From Promethearchaeota archaeon (lineage in GTDB: Archaea; Asgardarchaeota; Lokiarchaeia; Sigyniarchaeales; SOKP01), in NCBI GenBank assembly GCA_048937405.1, contig JBHLNF010000001.1, positions 352,001 through 416,000 on the forward strand: a stretch of DNA of 64,000 nucleotides, written 5' to 3'. Below the pieces are notes generated by a model. That model saw nothing but the letters and a program-made list of their open reading frames with translations. It had not been told where the DNA came from and made no database searches. The first letter of the stretch is position 1. The number at the start of each line of letters is the position of its first letter. The position numbers and the translations under genes are program-made. Shown in pieces: positions 40,329 to 50,622 of the stretch.

Positions 40329-40494
40329 ATTCTTATTATGTTGGTATATCTAAATTTTTTATAAACCGATCTTTTTTTTAGGTAAATTTTTTATTTGCAT
40401 CAAAAACATTTTAAATATTTTGCAAATTATTAAATTTATAAATTATTGAAATTCTCTCTTAGAAATTAACATTTGTATGAGGAGATACTGAAGA

Positions 40495-41316
40495 TTGGTA
40501 GAAATTATACAAATTAGCGATTTACATTACGGAAGTGAGTTCCGAGAAGATTGTTTTGAGAATATCATTAGTTATATTGCAGAAAATAATCCTGATATTG
40601 TAATTTGCACTGGGGACATTGTGCATAAAGGAAGGGTAAAACAATTTAAAGAAGTTCTTAAATACATTAATCGAATTAAAGATATTACTAATTTTATGGC
40701 AGTTCCAGGAAATCACGATGCTAAGAATTCAGGACTTATATTTTTTGAGAAAATAATTGGACCTCGGCGAACTAAATTAATTTTAGAAGAAAAAGATGCC
40801 TTAATAGTAGGTGTTTGTTCCGCTAGAGATGATCTCGCATATGGAGAAATCGGCGATGAGCAACTAGATTGGATTGGAAGATGTTTTGACCGTAATTTAG
40901 AGGATCGAGTCATAGCACTGCATCACCATTTGATTCCAATTCCAATGTCTGGACAAAAATTCACAACTGTCCGGGATGCTGGAGAAATCTTAGAATTTAC
41001 AAATTTATTTGAGGTAGATTTAGTATTAATGGGCCATCGGCATGTTCCTCACGCTTATACAATTTCTTGGAAGAACTCTTCAAGTACAACTTTTCTTTAT
41101 AGTGGGACTTCAACTTCAAATAAGGTTCGTGCTGATGATTCTCCTAGTTTTAATCATATTTTTCTTAGTAAGGGTGACTTAGAAGTTTATATAGTTAATT
41201 CAATCAATCTTAAAAAGAGTCTATTATTAGAACGTAAGGAGCATCATACGGAATTTATAAGACCTAGGAAAACTAGGATTGAGCATCTATTAGCATCTGA
41301 AGTATGGGATGAGTAA
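40495..41316 (+). CDS. Calcineurin-like metallophosphoesterase (Icc/CpdA-like)
   Basis: SDLH, TGD, PGNHD, LHHH, GHRH. Confidence 0.92.
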   Translation: MVEIIQISDLHYGSEFREDCFENIISYIAENNPDIVICTGDIVHKGRVKQFKEVLKYINRIKDITNFMAVPGNHDAKNSGLIFFEKIIGPRRTKLILEEKDALIVGVCSARDDLAYGEIGDEQLDWIGRCFDRNLEDRVIALHHHLIPIPMSGQKFTTVRDAGEILEFTNLFEVDLVLMGHRHVPHAYTISWKNSSSTTFLYSGTSTSNKVRADDSPSFNHIFLSKGDLEVYIVNSINLKKSLLLERKEHHTEFIRPRKTRIEHLLASEVWDE

Positions 41317-41746
41317 TATGGTTAAACCAGAAACTCCTTTATTAACTACTGATGCCGTTATTTTGATTAATAATAAAAAAGATTTAATTTTAATTAGAAG
41401 AAAAAATCCCCCTTTTCAAGGTGAGCTAGCATTACCAGGAGGATTTGTAGACATTGGTGAAACCGTTGAACAAGCATGTATCCGTGAAGCAAAAGAAGAA
41501 ACAAATATCAACATAAAAATCATTAAATTAATAGGTCAATTTTCTGATCCTAAGCGAGATCCAAGAGGTCATACTGTTTCTATTGCTTTTTTATGTGAAC
41601 CAAAAACGAAAAATGAAAAACCAAAAGCTAAAGATGATGCAGCTGCTTTAGAAACTATCCCTTTATCAAAAATATCTTCTTTAAAATTAGCTTTCGATCA
41701 TATGAAAATTATTGAAAGTTCAGGAATTTTAAACAATCTTAATTAA
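41309..41746 (+). CDS. NUDIX hydrolase (ADP-ribose pyrophosphatase-like)
   Basis: GGFVDIGETVEQACIREAKEET, RDPR, LAFDH. Confidence 0.92.
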   Translation: MSNMVKPETPLLTTDAVILINNKKDLILIRRKNPPFQGELALPGGFVDIGETVEQACIREAKEETNINIKIIKLIGQFSDPKRDPRGHTVSIAFLCEPKTKNEKPKAKDDAAALETIPLSKISSLKLAFDHMKIIESSGILNNLN

Positions 41747-41751
41747 TATTA

Positions 41752-42207
41752 TTACATCTTTTCCTTAATTTCATATAGATTATGAAATGAATCTTTAATC
41801 CAAAGATAATAACCATTCCCTTCTTGTCTTGAAACTTTAATTATCTCATATCCCATCGAAATTGCTTTATCAACGAACTCATCTCGATTATCAATTAATA
41901 TACATGAATGAGTAAAAATATCAGTTGCCTTACTATTATCCTCAGTTATAAATACTTCAAAAGACAAGTCTTCATTTTTATATAGAATAAATTCATGTTC
42001 TCTTTTAACTCCAAAAAAGGATTTCATTAATTCAGCTGAAACTGTTTTAGTTCTTACTTTTTTCATCCCAAGTAGTTTAATGAAAAATTTATCAGCTTCT
42101 TCTTCTGAATTATATCCGATTGCAATGTGTTCTATTTTCATTTCTTTCTTCTGTTTTAAAACTATTTTGATATATAAATAACTAATATATTTATTTAAGT
42201 TAATCAT
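41752..42207 (-). CDS. VOC/glyoxalase family protein (probable start 42140)
   Basis: IEHIAI...FFIKLLG...HSCI...IKDSFHNLYEI. Confidence 0.8.
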   Translation of the reverse strand: MINLNKYISYLYIKIVLKQKKEMKIEHIAIGYNSEEEADKFFIKLLGMKKVRTKTVSAELMKSFFGVKREHEFILYKNEDLSFEVFITEDNSKATDIFTHSCILIDNRDEFVDKAISMGYEIIKVSRQEGNGYYLWIKDSFHNLYEIKEKM

Positions 42208-42267
42208 TGTTTAAGTTAGTTAATTACATCTTTTTTAAATTGAATCTTAAAAATAGGTGAAAATGAA

Positions 42268-42711
42268 ATGGATCCTAATAGGATTGTAAGAATAATCGCT
42301 GGAAGTTTGTGTTTAATTATTGCAATATTACGGATTGTGTTTTTCTTTTTTGATTTAAACGGAGCAATTGTATATTCTGCTATCTTTATTGATTTCAACG
42401 AAGCTGTAAATCTAATTGAAGGATTACTAATGCTTATTTTTGCATTTATAATGACAATCATTTTAACTATAATTGCCGTTATAATTCATGTTGTTTTGGG
42501 TATACTCCAAATTGCGTTAAGTAAATTTAAAACAGCTACTATTATATGTAATTTTTTCATTACTCTAAACATTCTATTATCTATTCGAGCTATTATGATA
42601 TATGCAAGTGTTGATGAATTTAGTATATTATTAGCAACGCTATTCACATTCTATATAATCCTTTTCTCACTTTGTATAGTATCATATTGGAAATTCATAA
42701 AAAAAGATTAA
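42268..42711 (+). CDS. 4-TM membrane protein
   Basis: Four hydrophobic segments, RBS AGGTGA. Confidence 0.7.
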   Translation: MDPNRIVRIIAGSLCLIIAILRIVFFFFDLNGAIVYSAIFIDFNEAVNLIEGLLMLIFAFIMTIILTIIAVIIHVVLGILQIALSKFKTATIICNFFITLNILLSIRAIMIYASVDEFSILLATLFTFYIILFSLCIVSYWKFIKKD

Positions 42712-42890
42712 AAGAAGAACTCTAATAAAATATCAGTGTTTCGTTGAATATAAGTTAAAGTTTTGGAATTTAACAATTGTAGTTTAAATAAATTCATATT
42801 TGAATTTTTGTTTAAAATTTAAAAATATTTCAGTTCTATTATTATTAATAAAAGAAAAAAAAATTGAGTAAACGTTAAGATATTTAGAGG

Positions 42891-43760
42891 ATGACTGAAG
42901 TTTCTGAAACTGATTTTCTAAATAGACTTCTAGAGGTTGTATATAAACTCTCAAACATAGTGAAAACTCAAGCTCCTCGATTGGAGAGAAAATGGGAGGA
43001 ATACTTAAAACCTATTAATGATAAACCTCATATAGTTCGCCAAATACCTCTTGACAAAAATAAATTCTTAAATGATATTAAATACAGAATTGATGTTCTG
43101 AAAACTGTTGAACAAGCTACAGTTGATGGTTTTTATTCAACAAAAACATTATTACAAACATTTTATCGTTCATATTTTAATTCAGAATTATTTAAGAAGG
43201 ATTTCTCGGAAAAGGATCAATTAATTTTAAAATATTTCATTGCCAAAGAAATTTTGGGAAATCTAATACAATATAATAAGTTAGATCATGAATCAGTTCC
43301 ATTAAAATACAATATAATCGGTAGAAATTATACTTTAATTAAATTGCAGGGTTTATCAGATGTTGAAATATTAGACAGTTTAAAGAAATTAAATATTAAA
43401 GATATAGAGTTAAAGGATATAAATAATATAATGAAAGAAATTGAAGAAGATGGAATTGTAAATATCAAAAAAAAAGGAGAAAGTTATTTCTATTCTTTAA
43501 ATAAAGAATTAGAATTAACTTTAGAAGGAAAAAACATATATTCCCAAGTTCTTCAACCTTTAGTAGATTGGCCAACACTTTTTTTTCGTAGCTTCTATAA
43601 TATTAGAGAGTTAAACGTTACTATAAATCAAAATGTGTTGTATCATGATTTTCTTCAAAAGATTTTAATAAAAACTGCAACTCAAGGATTTGCTCCTACT
43701 AATTATGTTTTTAAAAATTTAGTAAAATACTATGAAAAAATTTGTGAAGAATCAAACTAA
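42891..43760 (+). CDS. Hypothetical protein with possible wHTH
   Basis: 289 aa; INNIMKEIEEDGIV pattern. Confidence 0.7.
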   Translation: MTEVSETDFLNRLLEVVYKLSNIVKTQAPRLERKWEEYLKPINDKPHIVRQIPLDKNKFLNDIKYRIDVLKTVEQATVDGFYSTKTLLQTFYRSYFNSELFKKDFSEKDQLILKYFIAKEILGNLIQYNKLDHESVPLKYNIIGRNYTLIKLQGLSDVEILDSLKKLNIKDIELKDINNIMKEIEEDGIVNIKKKGESYFYSLNKELELTLEGKNIYSQVLQPLVDWPTLFFRSFYNIRELNVTINQNVLYHDFLQKILIKTATQGFAPTNYVFKNLVKYYEKICEESN

Positions 43761-43790
43761 TTTAATTCTTCAGTAATAATTTAGTTTAAA

Positions 43791-44666
43791 TTAGAATTCT
43801 TTTGTCTTTTTTATAGGAACTTTAAACTCTTCCAAAAGTGGAATTAGGTGTTTTTTATCCTCAGAATTTGTTCCTTTCCAGTCAATTATGAAATAATCCA
43901 CATTTTCAATAGTATTTTTAACCATTTTTTCAATTAAGACTTTATTTAACTGCTGAACATAATATTTTGGGCAAATAAAAGAAATTGCAACATTCTTATT
44001 TCTAATTAATCTATGAAAATTCGGTGCATAATGAGTACCTCCAAATCCTAATCCTATTTTATTTTCTCCTTTCTCATTAAATTCTAAATATTTGAAGATA
44101 GCATTAATAATTGACCTTACAAGTAGTTCACCAGCATGATCTATAACCCATTCTTCCTTACTACTCCCTAATTCCATGAATATTAAAGGTTTCTCTAAAA
44201 TTGTTGGACCATGATGAGTTACCTCAATATCAATTGCAAAATCCTTTAATTGTGGTAATAAATCTTGTTCAATCAAAGATATTAATCCTGCTTTGTGTAA
44301 TAAAGCGCTTGTTTTTGATAAATCTTGTGGTTCACCCCCAAAATTTACGTCTTCTGTCCAATTCCCCGTCGTATGGACAAGAAAAGCAGGACGGGAGGAT
44401 TCTGAAGTATGACGACTAGCAAATATAAGTAAATCCGGATTAATTTCAGATTTCTCCAATTCTAAATTATTTAGAAAAATTAATGACTCTCTTGTAAGTC
44501 CAAGATATATCTCGTTTTCAGCAGATTCTGTCTTTAATTTTAAAACTTGGTTTTCATGCCAGTTGAAATCTGTCTTTTCGAATCTATAAACTTTAGATTT
44601 CAAAAATTTATCACGAATATTCATTGAGGCTTTGTCTTCTGAGGATGTTATAATTAGAAACTGGAT
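43791..44666 (-). CDS. dtdA: Archaeal D-aminoacyl-tRNA deacylase
   Basis: SRH.S...VHTTGN, EVTHHGP, FMELGS...W, GFGGTHYAP; start probably ATC at 44666 rather than ATG 44624. Confidence 0.9.
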   Translation of the reverse strand: MQFLIITSSEDKASMNIRDKFLKSKVYRFEKTDFNWHENQVLKLKTESAENEIYLGLTRESLIFLNNLELEKSEINPDLLIFASRHTSESSRPAFLVHTTGNWTEDVNFGGEPQDLSKTSALLHKAGLISLIEQDLLPQLKDFAIDIEVTHHGPTILEKPLIFMELGSSKEEWVIDHAGELLVRSIINAIFKYLEFNEKGENKIGLGFGGTHYAPNFHRLIRNKNVAISFICPKYYVQQLNKVLIEKMVKNTIENVDYFIIDWKGTNSEDKKHLIPLLEEFKVPIKKTKEF

Positions 44667-44731
44667 TAAACCTCACCTATAAGTCTTTTATTACTTTATA
44701 TTTATAAGAATTAGTATAAATTTTATATTTT

Positions 44732-45742
44732 TTGTTATTACTACAACTTTATTATATATTAAATCTAAGTTCAATATTAATGAGTATTAATTTAATATTA
44801 GTTCTAATCCTTGGCTTAGCTTTTGGAGTCTTATTTTTTATTGCCGATTATTTTGAAAATGAACTTATTCAGGTACATGCCTCATTGATTGCAGGAATCT
44901 CAATATCATATTTTTTCCTAATAGTTCTTCCTGAAATTGCTAAAAGATTACCAGAGTTCCCTTTTGATTTAATACTTTTCGAATACCTTTTTGTTCTGAT
45001 CGGTTTCTCATTTATTCATGTTTCTGAAAAATTAATTCTACAGAAAGTTGAAATGAGAACTCAAAAAAAAATTAGAAAATTACTCAAAAAAGAAAAAATT
45101 TTAGAAAGTGTTGAGCGTAATATGGAAAAAATTCTTACAAAAGAATTAATCCATGAAAATCAAGATGAAATAGCGCTAAAAGAGATTGCCCGAACTTTAT
45201 CTGAGTTAAATCAACAAGAAGAGGGAATGAAATTAGAAATAAGTAATTATAAAATAAAGATTCAAAATCACATCAATAAAGAGTTAACTAACTTCCGGTT
45301 TATTACTGATTTTGTATATCATTTTCTTGTAGGAATTATTTTAATTGGTCTACTACGTATTGAATTAGTAGGGGGAATTCTATTTTTTGTATATGCTTTT
45401 TTTAGAACTATTGTCACTAAACGCTCTGAAGCACATCTCATATTCACTGATTTAGAAATCTATGAAGTTCCAAAGTCTGAAGAAAGAAAAATTATTAAGT
45501 ATCTCTCATGTGGATCTGCTTTAATTGGGATAATAATTGGATTACTAATAAATTCATTTTTACCAGTTAATTTAGAACTATTATTTATTTTTTATTCATT
45601 TATCTCTGGTGTGATTTTATACGTTATTGTAAGAGAAGTTATACCTGAAAAAGAGAAAGGAAATCCAATAAAATTCCTAATTGGCTTAATTGGCTTTACT
45701 TTTGTAATTATTATTATTAATATTTTTACAAGTGTTTTATAA
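44732..45742 (+). CDS. ZIP-family-like metal transporter with coiled-coil insert (probable start 44780)
   Basis: AGISISYFFLIVLPE and FISGVILYVIVREVIPE; charged helical insert between TM blocks. Confidence 0.65.
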   Translation: MLLLQLYYILNLSSILMSINLILVLILGLAFGVLFFIADYFENELIQVHASLIAGISISYFFLIVLPEIAKRLPEFPFDLILFEYLFVLIGFSFIHVSEKLILQKVEMRTQKKIRKLLKKEKILESVERNMEKILTKELIHENQDEIALKEIARTLSELNQQEEGMKLEISNYKIKIQNHINKELTNFRFITDFVYHFLVGIILIGLLRIELVGGILFFVYAFFRTIVTKRSEAHLIFTDLEIYEVPKSEERKIIKYLSCGSALIGIIIGLLINSFLPVNLELLFIFYSFISGVILYVIVREVIPEKEKGNPIKFLIGLIGFTFVIIIINIFTSVL

Positions 45743-45900
45743 AATAATATACCATTCCAAATTTCAGTTTGTTCTGGATATTATTTTCTTATAAATTAGA
45801 ATATATAATCCAAATTTTCTTTCCTTCAATAATTATACTCTTTATAAAGATTTAAATTCATTAAAACTAAGTTTAAATTAATGTGAGGTTATGAAATATA

Positions 45901-46467
45901 ATGGATATGAAGAAAAAAAATTTTAATGAAATCTTATCAATAGATGATGATGATAAAAAAATCATTGAGATGATTGAGAAGGACCCAGATATAACGCATA
46001 GTGATATTGCTAAGGAAATTGATAAATCTCAACCTGCCGTAGGTGCACGAATTATTAAATTAGAAAGAAAACACCTTTTAACCAAGCAAGTTGGCTTTAA
46101 TATTAAAAAAGTTGATATTAAAGTTGCAATTGTTTATATATCTACTAAAGATGTTGATGAGATTGTACGAAAAGTTGAAAATTGTCCCTTTATTAACCAT
46201 GCATTCAAAATATCAGGAGAATTTAATCTGCTTTGTTTTATCGCAGCCTCAGACTTACAAACAATCGAAAAATTAGTTGATCTATGTTTTAGAAAGGATA
46301 AGGATGTTATAAACGTAAAAACTAATATTCTAATCGAATCTATTCATGATTTTGTAGTTCCAATTGATTTTCAGATTGAGGATTTCGATGGAAGATATTG
46401 CGGACCTGGTTGTAATATGATAGAAGACTTACCAAAATTTAAATTTGGTCAAGAAGATGAGAATTAA
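45901..46467 (+). CDS. Lrp/AsnC transcription regulator
   Basis: DDDDKKII...THSDIAKEIDKSQPAVGARIIKLE; ISGEFNL. Confidence 0.9.
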   Translation: MDMKKKNFNEILSIDDDDKKIIEMIEKDPDITHSDIAKEIDKSQPAVGARIIKLERKHLLTKQVGFNIKKVDIKVAIVYISTKDVDEIVRKVENCPFINHAFKISGEFNLLCFIAASDLQTIEKLVDLCFRKDKDVINVKTNILIESIHDFVVPIDFQIEDFDGRYCGPGCNMIEDLPKFKFGQEDEN

Positions 46468-46520
46468 CTCGAATTATTTTTTTATTTTTATATTTACTGA
46501 ATTTAGAAAGAGATAAGAAT

Positions 46521-47123
46521 TTAATTTTCAACTGATTTTGTTAATCCTTTAGCTTTAGCTATTTTGTACTTACAAACATCTCCACATCCATTTTCAAGTG
46601 TAGGATCGTGATCCTCTGAATCAAAGTCAATTGGTAGAATAAAATCTTTTGCAATTTCAAGCACAACTTCCATTGAAACACTACTTATTTGAGGATTATT
46701 TCGAAAATGGTAATTAATTATATTATCTAGCTTTTGAAGTTTTGAACTTGCAAGTAAGATACAAACGTTGTGTTCTCCTGAAAGCTTAAATGCGTTTAAC
46801 ATAAAGGGACAGTGCTTAGCCATGTCTATAATTTCTTCTGGATTCTTAGTTTTAATCTCAACAGTAGCAAGATTTAAATCTACTTTCTTAAAATTAATAC
46901 CAGGTTGGAATTGCAAAATTCCATTCTTTTCTAACTTCTTGATTCTCATACCCACAGTTGGTTGCGATCTATTAATTTTAGAAGCAATCTCTGTATGTGT
47001 AAGGCTAGGATTATCCTGAACTAAAGATATAATTTGCCTATCAACCTCATCGAGCTTCAATTTATCAGATATCATAATTATTAATTCATTTTTTTTTCTC
47101 TTATAACTAAATATAATATTCAC
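46521..47123 (-). CDS. Lrp/AsnC transcription regulator
   Basis: LDEVDRQII...THTEIASKINRSQPTVGMRIKKLE; LSGEHN. Confidence 0.9.
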   Translation of the reverse strand: MNIIFSYKRKKNELIIMISDKLKLDEVDRQIISLVQDNPSLTHTEIASKINRSQPTVGMRIKKLEKNGILQFQPGINFKKVDLNLATVEIKTKNPEEIIDMAKHCPFMLNAFKLSGEHNVCILLASSKLQKLDNIINYHFRNNPQISSVSMEVVLEIAKDFILPIDFDSEDHDPTLENGCGDVCKYKIAKAKGLTKSVEN

Positions 47124-47284
47124 AATTTATAAAACATTGACATAAACTTATAAAAAATTAGTTAGGGTTAGTTAAAGTTATAGACATAGATATTGAAGAT
47201 ATTTTTAAAAAAAATTAATAGAGAAATATTTATGATTGACTTTATTTTATTAAAATTAATTATAAGAAATATTTTACCAATTAG

Positions 47285-47761
47285 TTGAATACAATGGCGA
47301 AAAATAGTGGGTATATTTTAGTAATTATTGCAGGCATTATTGGACTTATTTGTTTAATTGCTCCAGTAGCTTATCATAGTAGTATTATAGGGGACTCATA
47401 TGTATGGATGTGGGGGTTATCTTCTTTTGATCCAGTTATTGGTGATACTGACTATCACTTTAGTGACAATAGTGATTATCTAGTATGGGGATTAACAGCC
47501 ACATTGTTGATAGTGATTGCCACAATTTTATTAATCTCATCAGGTGTTAAAGCTCACAAAAGTAATAGGAGTTCTGGGGGTTTATGGATATTTTGTGGAT
47601 TATTATTAATTGCTGCTCCAATTATATACTATGTAGGACTCTTAGAAGTATATTCTGATTGGGTAGTTGAAAGGTTCTGGGATTTTTATGACTTTCACTT
47701 TGCATTTTTTGGATCATTTATTGCGGGAGCTTTAGCAATTATAGGAGGAGCTATAAAATAA
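47285..47761 (+). CDS. 4-TM membrane protein
   Basis: Four TMs, WMWGL in first loop. Confidence 0.75.
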   Translation: MNTMAKNSGYILVIIAGIIGLICLIAPVAYHSSIIGDSYVWMWGLSSFDPVIGDTDYHFSDNSDYLVWGLTATLLIVIATILLISSGVKAHKSNRSSGGLWIFCGLLLIAAPIIYYVGLLEVYSDWVVERFWDFYDFHFAFFGSFIAGALAIIGGAIK

Positions 47762-47825
47762 TTACGTGTAATTTAAAAATATTTAAAATAAGCCATTTTT
47801 TTTTAATTTTCTAATTCTTTAAATA

Positions 47826-48494
47826 TTAAAAATCATATAACGGAATTTTTTTATGATAAAATACAGTCTTTCCATCAAAACTAATTTGATTTGCCAATAT
47901 TTTGATACCTTTCTTTCTTGCCTCCGATAGATTTTTTGAAAACTCAGGATCCATTTCTAAATTCGGAGCAAAAAATTTCGATTTTCGAAAAACTAAGAAA
48001 AAAATAATTCCATTATGTTTAATAATTTCTTTAACATGTCTTGCTCCACGTTTTGTTGGAGCATCAGGAAAAAGTGCAATTCCATCTTTAACTAATGATA
48101 CTCCTTTTACTTCTAATGGTACACCATCCAGGACAAAGTCTATCCGGCTATCTCCAAGTTTCACTTCTTTTCTAATCTCTTTCACATCAGAAAATTCTGA
48201 TAAAAGGTTAAAAACTTCTTGAGCTATTTTGGAGTGTAAAGCTGTATCAATGAGTACCCATTCATCATTAACTTTTACAGCTTTAATATAATATTTTAAT
48301 TTACCTTGAGAATAAGTAAATAAAATTTCAACATTTTCTATAAGTAATTCTTTGAGCCTCCCTGGGTCATGTATATGGGCAGTTTCTTTACGTTCTTTAT
48401 ATTCAATCTCACCAACAAATCTATTTGGTCTCGAGATAAATGATCCTTTCATTAGTCCTGGAATATTAAAAAGAGCTTTCTTATCATTACTCAT
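47826..48494 (-). CDS. sfsA: SfsA-family nuclease
   Basis: FISRPNRF, HIHDPGRLKEL, SRIDF, EVKGVSL, FPDAPT.RG.RH. Confidence 0.92.
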   Translation of the reverse strand: MSNDKKALFNIPGLMKGSFISRPNRFVGEIEYKERKETAHIHDPGRLKELLIENVEILFTYSQGKLKYYIKAVKVNDEWVLIDTALHSKIAQEVFNLLSEFSDVKEIRKEVKLGDSRIDFVLDGVPLEVKGVSLVKDGIALFPDAPTKRGARHVKEIIKHNGIIFFLVFRKSKFFAPNLEMDPEFSKNLSEARKKGIKILANQISFDGKTVFYHKKIPLYDF

Positions 48495-48615
48495 AAATTT
48501 CTATTCCAATTTTTTAATCTAATTATTTGAACATAGATATTCTTTCACATTAAGACGCATTATTATAGAATATAACCTTAATAGATAAAAAGAGTTTTTT
48601 ATTTGTTTAATCATA

Positions 48616-48855
48616 ATGAGTGAAGTAGAAGAACGGACCGCAATTGAAAGTTACAAATTTCATCATATAGATACATCTAAATGTAAGCAATGTAAAGAAT
48701 TTTCATGTGAAGAAGCGTGTTTTAGAGGTATCTATGAAGTTATCAATAAAGATACTATTCCTAAATGTATTGTGGTTGAAGATCGTGAAGATAGGTGCGT
48801 TAAATGTCATATCTGTACTACGGCATGTAAATCCAATGCTATAACAATTGATTAG
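48616..48855 (+). CDS. 4Fe-4S dicluster ferredoxin
   Basis: CKQCKEFSCEEAC and CVKCHICTTAC. Confidence 0.85.
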   Translation: MSEVEERTAIESYKFHHIDTSKCKQCKEFSCEEACFRGIYEVINKDTIPKCIVVEDREDRCVKCHICTTACKSNAITID

Positions 48856-48870
48856 AAATCCTAAGGCAGT

Positions 48871-49383
48871 CTAAAACTCACAGCTCCCGCAACAAGAATT
48901 CTCTAATTCAATCTTTGAAAAATCGAAGTTTAAATCTATTGGTAAAACAAAATCATCTGCTACATCTTCAATAATATCCATATGAACATTTGAGATTTCT
49001 GGATTTCCTCGAAGATGATGATTAACTACATGATCGAGATCCTTTAATGATAAACCTGCTATTATAATGCTGATATTGTTATTTCCACTCAATCTAAACG
49101 CGGTGAGCATAAAAGGACAGCGCCTTACTATCTTAAAAATCTTTCTGGGATTCCTACTTAGAATATCAACACGGGCAAACTGCAAATCAGCAACTTTAAT
49201 ATTTATACCTGCTTGATATTTCAAAATTCCTAATTTCTCTAATTTTTTTACCCGCATTCCGATTGTGGGCTGACTTCTATTCACAAACCCTGCAATTTCA
49301 GTATGAGTAAGATTTGGTTCTTTTTGGATTAATTCCATTATTTTACAATCAATATCATCAATTCCAATTCTTTCACTTAACAT
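48871..49383 (-). CDS. Lrp/AsnC transcription regulator
   Basis: IDDIDCKI...THTEIA..VNRSQPTIGMRVKKLE; LSGNNN. Confidence 0.9.
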   Translation of the reverse strand: MLSERIGIDDIDCKIMELIQKEPNLTHTEIAGFVNRSQPTIGMRVKKLEKLGILKYQAGINIKVADLQFARVDILSRNPRKIFKIVRRCPFMLTAFRLSGNNNISIIIAGLSLKDLDHVVNHHLRGNPEISNVHMDIIEDVADDFVLPIDLNFDFSKIELENSCCGSCEF

Positions 49384-49584
49384 TTTCTTACAACACTTTT
49401 TTTTAATTAGTTAATTAATATGAAAAACTAAAATTTGAGTATTCACTAATCGCGGTATCGCGATATAAGAATATAACGATAACATCATATTTAAAGTTTT
49501 GTGTCTGTCATGTTAATATAAAAGGATTAATAAACCATTAAAAAAAGCTTTAAAAACTAGTAAAAAGAATAATCTAATCAATCG

Positions 49585-49920
49585 ATGAGTGAATTTAGAA
49601 AGTATATAATTGAATTCTTAAAAGTATTATCAAATTCTACAAGACTGGAAATTTTAGATATATTAAAAAATAGTGAGAAGAATTCGTCTGAAATTGAATA
49701 TTTACTAGGAAGATCTCAATCAACGATTTCTAAACATCTTAATATGCTCCTCGAGAATAATCTTATAGATTATGAGAGAAAAGATAATATAAAATATTAT
49801 AAAATACAAAATGCAGATGTGTTTACTTTACTTACAAATATAAATTCAATAGTAGGAAATATCTATAAAGAAAAGTTTAAGGATATTAGAGACGTAGATA
49901 TACGTGATACACTATCTTAA
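49585..49920 (+). CDS. ArsR/SmtB transcription regulator
   Basis: LKVLSNSTRLEIL...SQSTISKHL..L. Confidence 0.9.
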   Translation: MSEFRKYIIEFLKVLSNSTRLEILDILKNSEKNSSEIEYLLGRSQSTISKHLNMLLENNLIDYERKDNIKYYKIQNADVFTLLTNINSIVGNIYKEKFKDIRDVDIRDTLS

Positions 49921-49962
49921 CTCATAAAAAATATAAAAAATTAAAGTCATCTTTCAAATCTT

Positions 49963-50511
49963 ATGAATGTTTTAAAAACCAATAAATCTAAAGAAGAATC
50001 CAAAAAAATTATCTTGATGGGATTGGATAATAGTGGAAAAACTTCAATAGTGAATTGTTTAAAGGGAAATAAGCGCATTTCTGCTTTTAATAATCCAAAA
50101 CCTACGAAAGGTCTTGAGATCCAACAATTTGAAGCCTTAGATACAAAGTATGCTATTTGGGATTTTGGTGGCCAAGCATCATACCTAGATGACTATTTTA
50201 ATGATTTCAGCAATCATTTAAAAGGAACAACAAAAATTATTTATGTAATTGATATTCAAGATGTTAGTCGTTATGACCTTGCACTTCAATATCTAAAAAA
50301 GGTAATCGATTCAATTGATACTTCTAATAAAATTAGTTTTTCTGTTTTTCTCCATAAATTTGATCCTGATTTAGTATTTGATCACAGCTTCAATGAACTC
50401 GTAATTAATGACTTTATCAAAAAAATTAAAGAGATTATCCCTTTAGATTTTATATATTCAATAAATAGAACGACAATTTATGCCATATTTGAAAAATTTA
50501 AAATCAAATAA
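49963..50511 (+). CDS. Small GTPase, Rag/Arf-like
   Basis: G1 GLDNSGKT, G2 PT, G3 WDFGGQ, G4 HKFD, G5 TTIY. Confidence 0.9.
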   Translation: MNVLKTNKSKEESKKIILMGLDNSGKTSIVNCLKGNKRISAFNNPKPTKGLEIQQFEALDTKYAIWDFGGQASYLDDYFNDFSNHLKGTTKIIYVIDIQDVSRYDLALQYLKKVIDSIDTSNKISFSVFLHKFDPDLVFDHSFNELVINDFIKKIKEIIPLDFIYSINRTTIYAIFEKFKIK

Positions 50512-50622
50512 ATATTTTTAATTTTTTTTCTTGGCTATTTTTAATTAGATACAATTTTTTAATAATTATAAAAAAAATAATAAATATTAACAAAGTATTG
50601 CATAGAACCATATTTAAATAAG

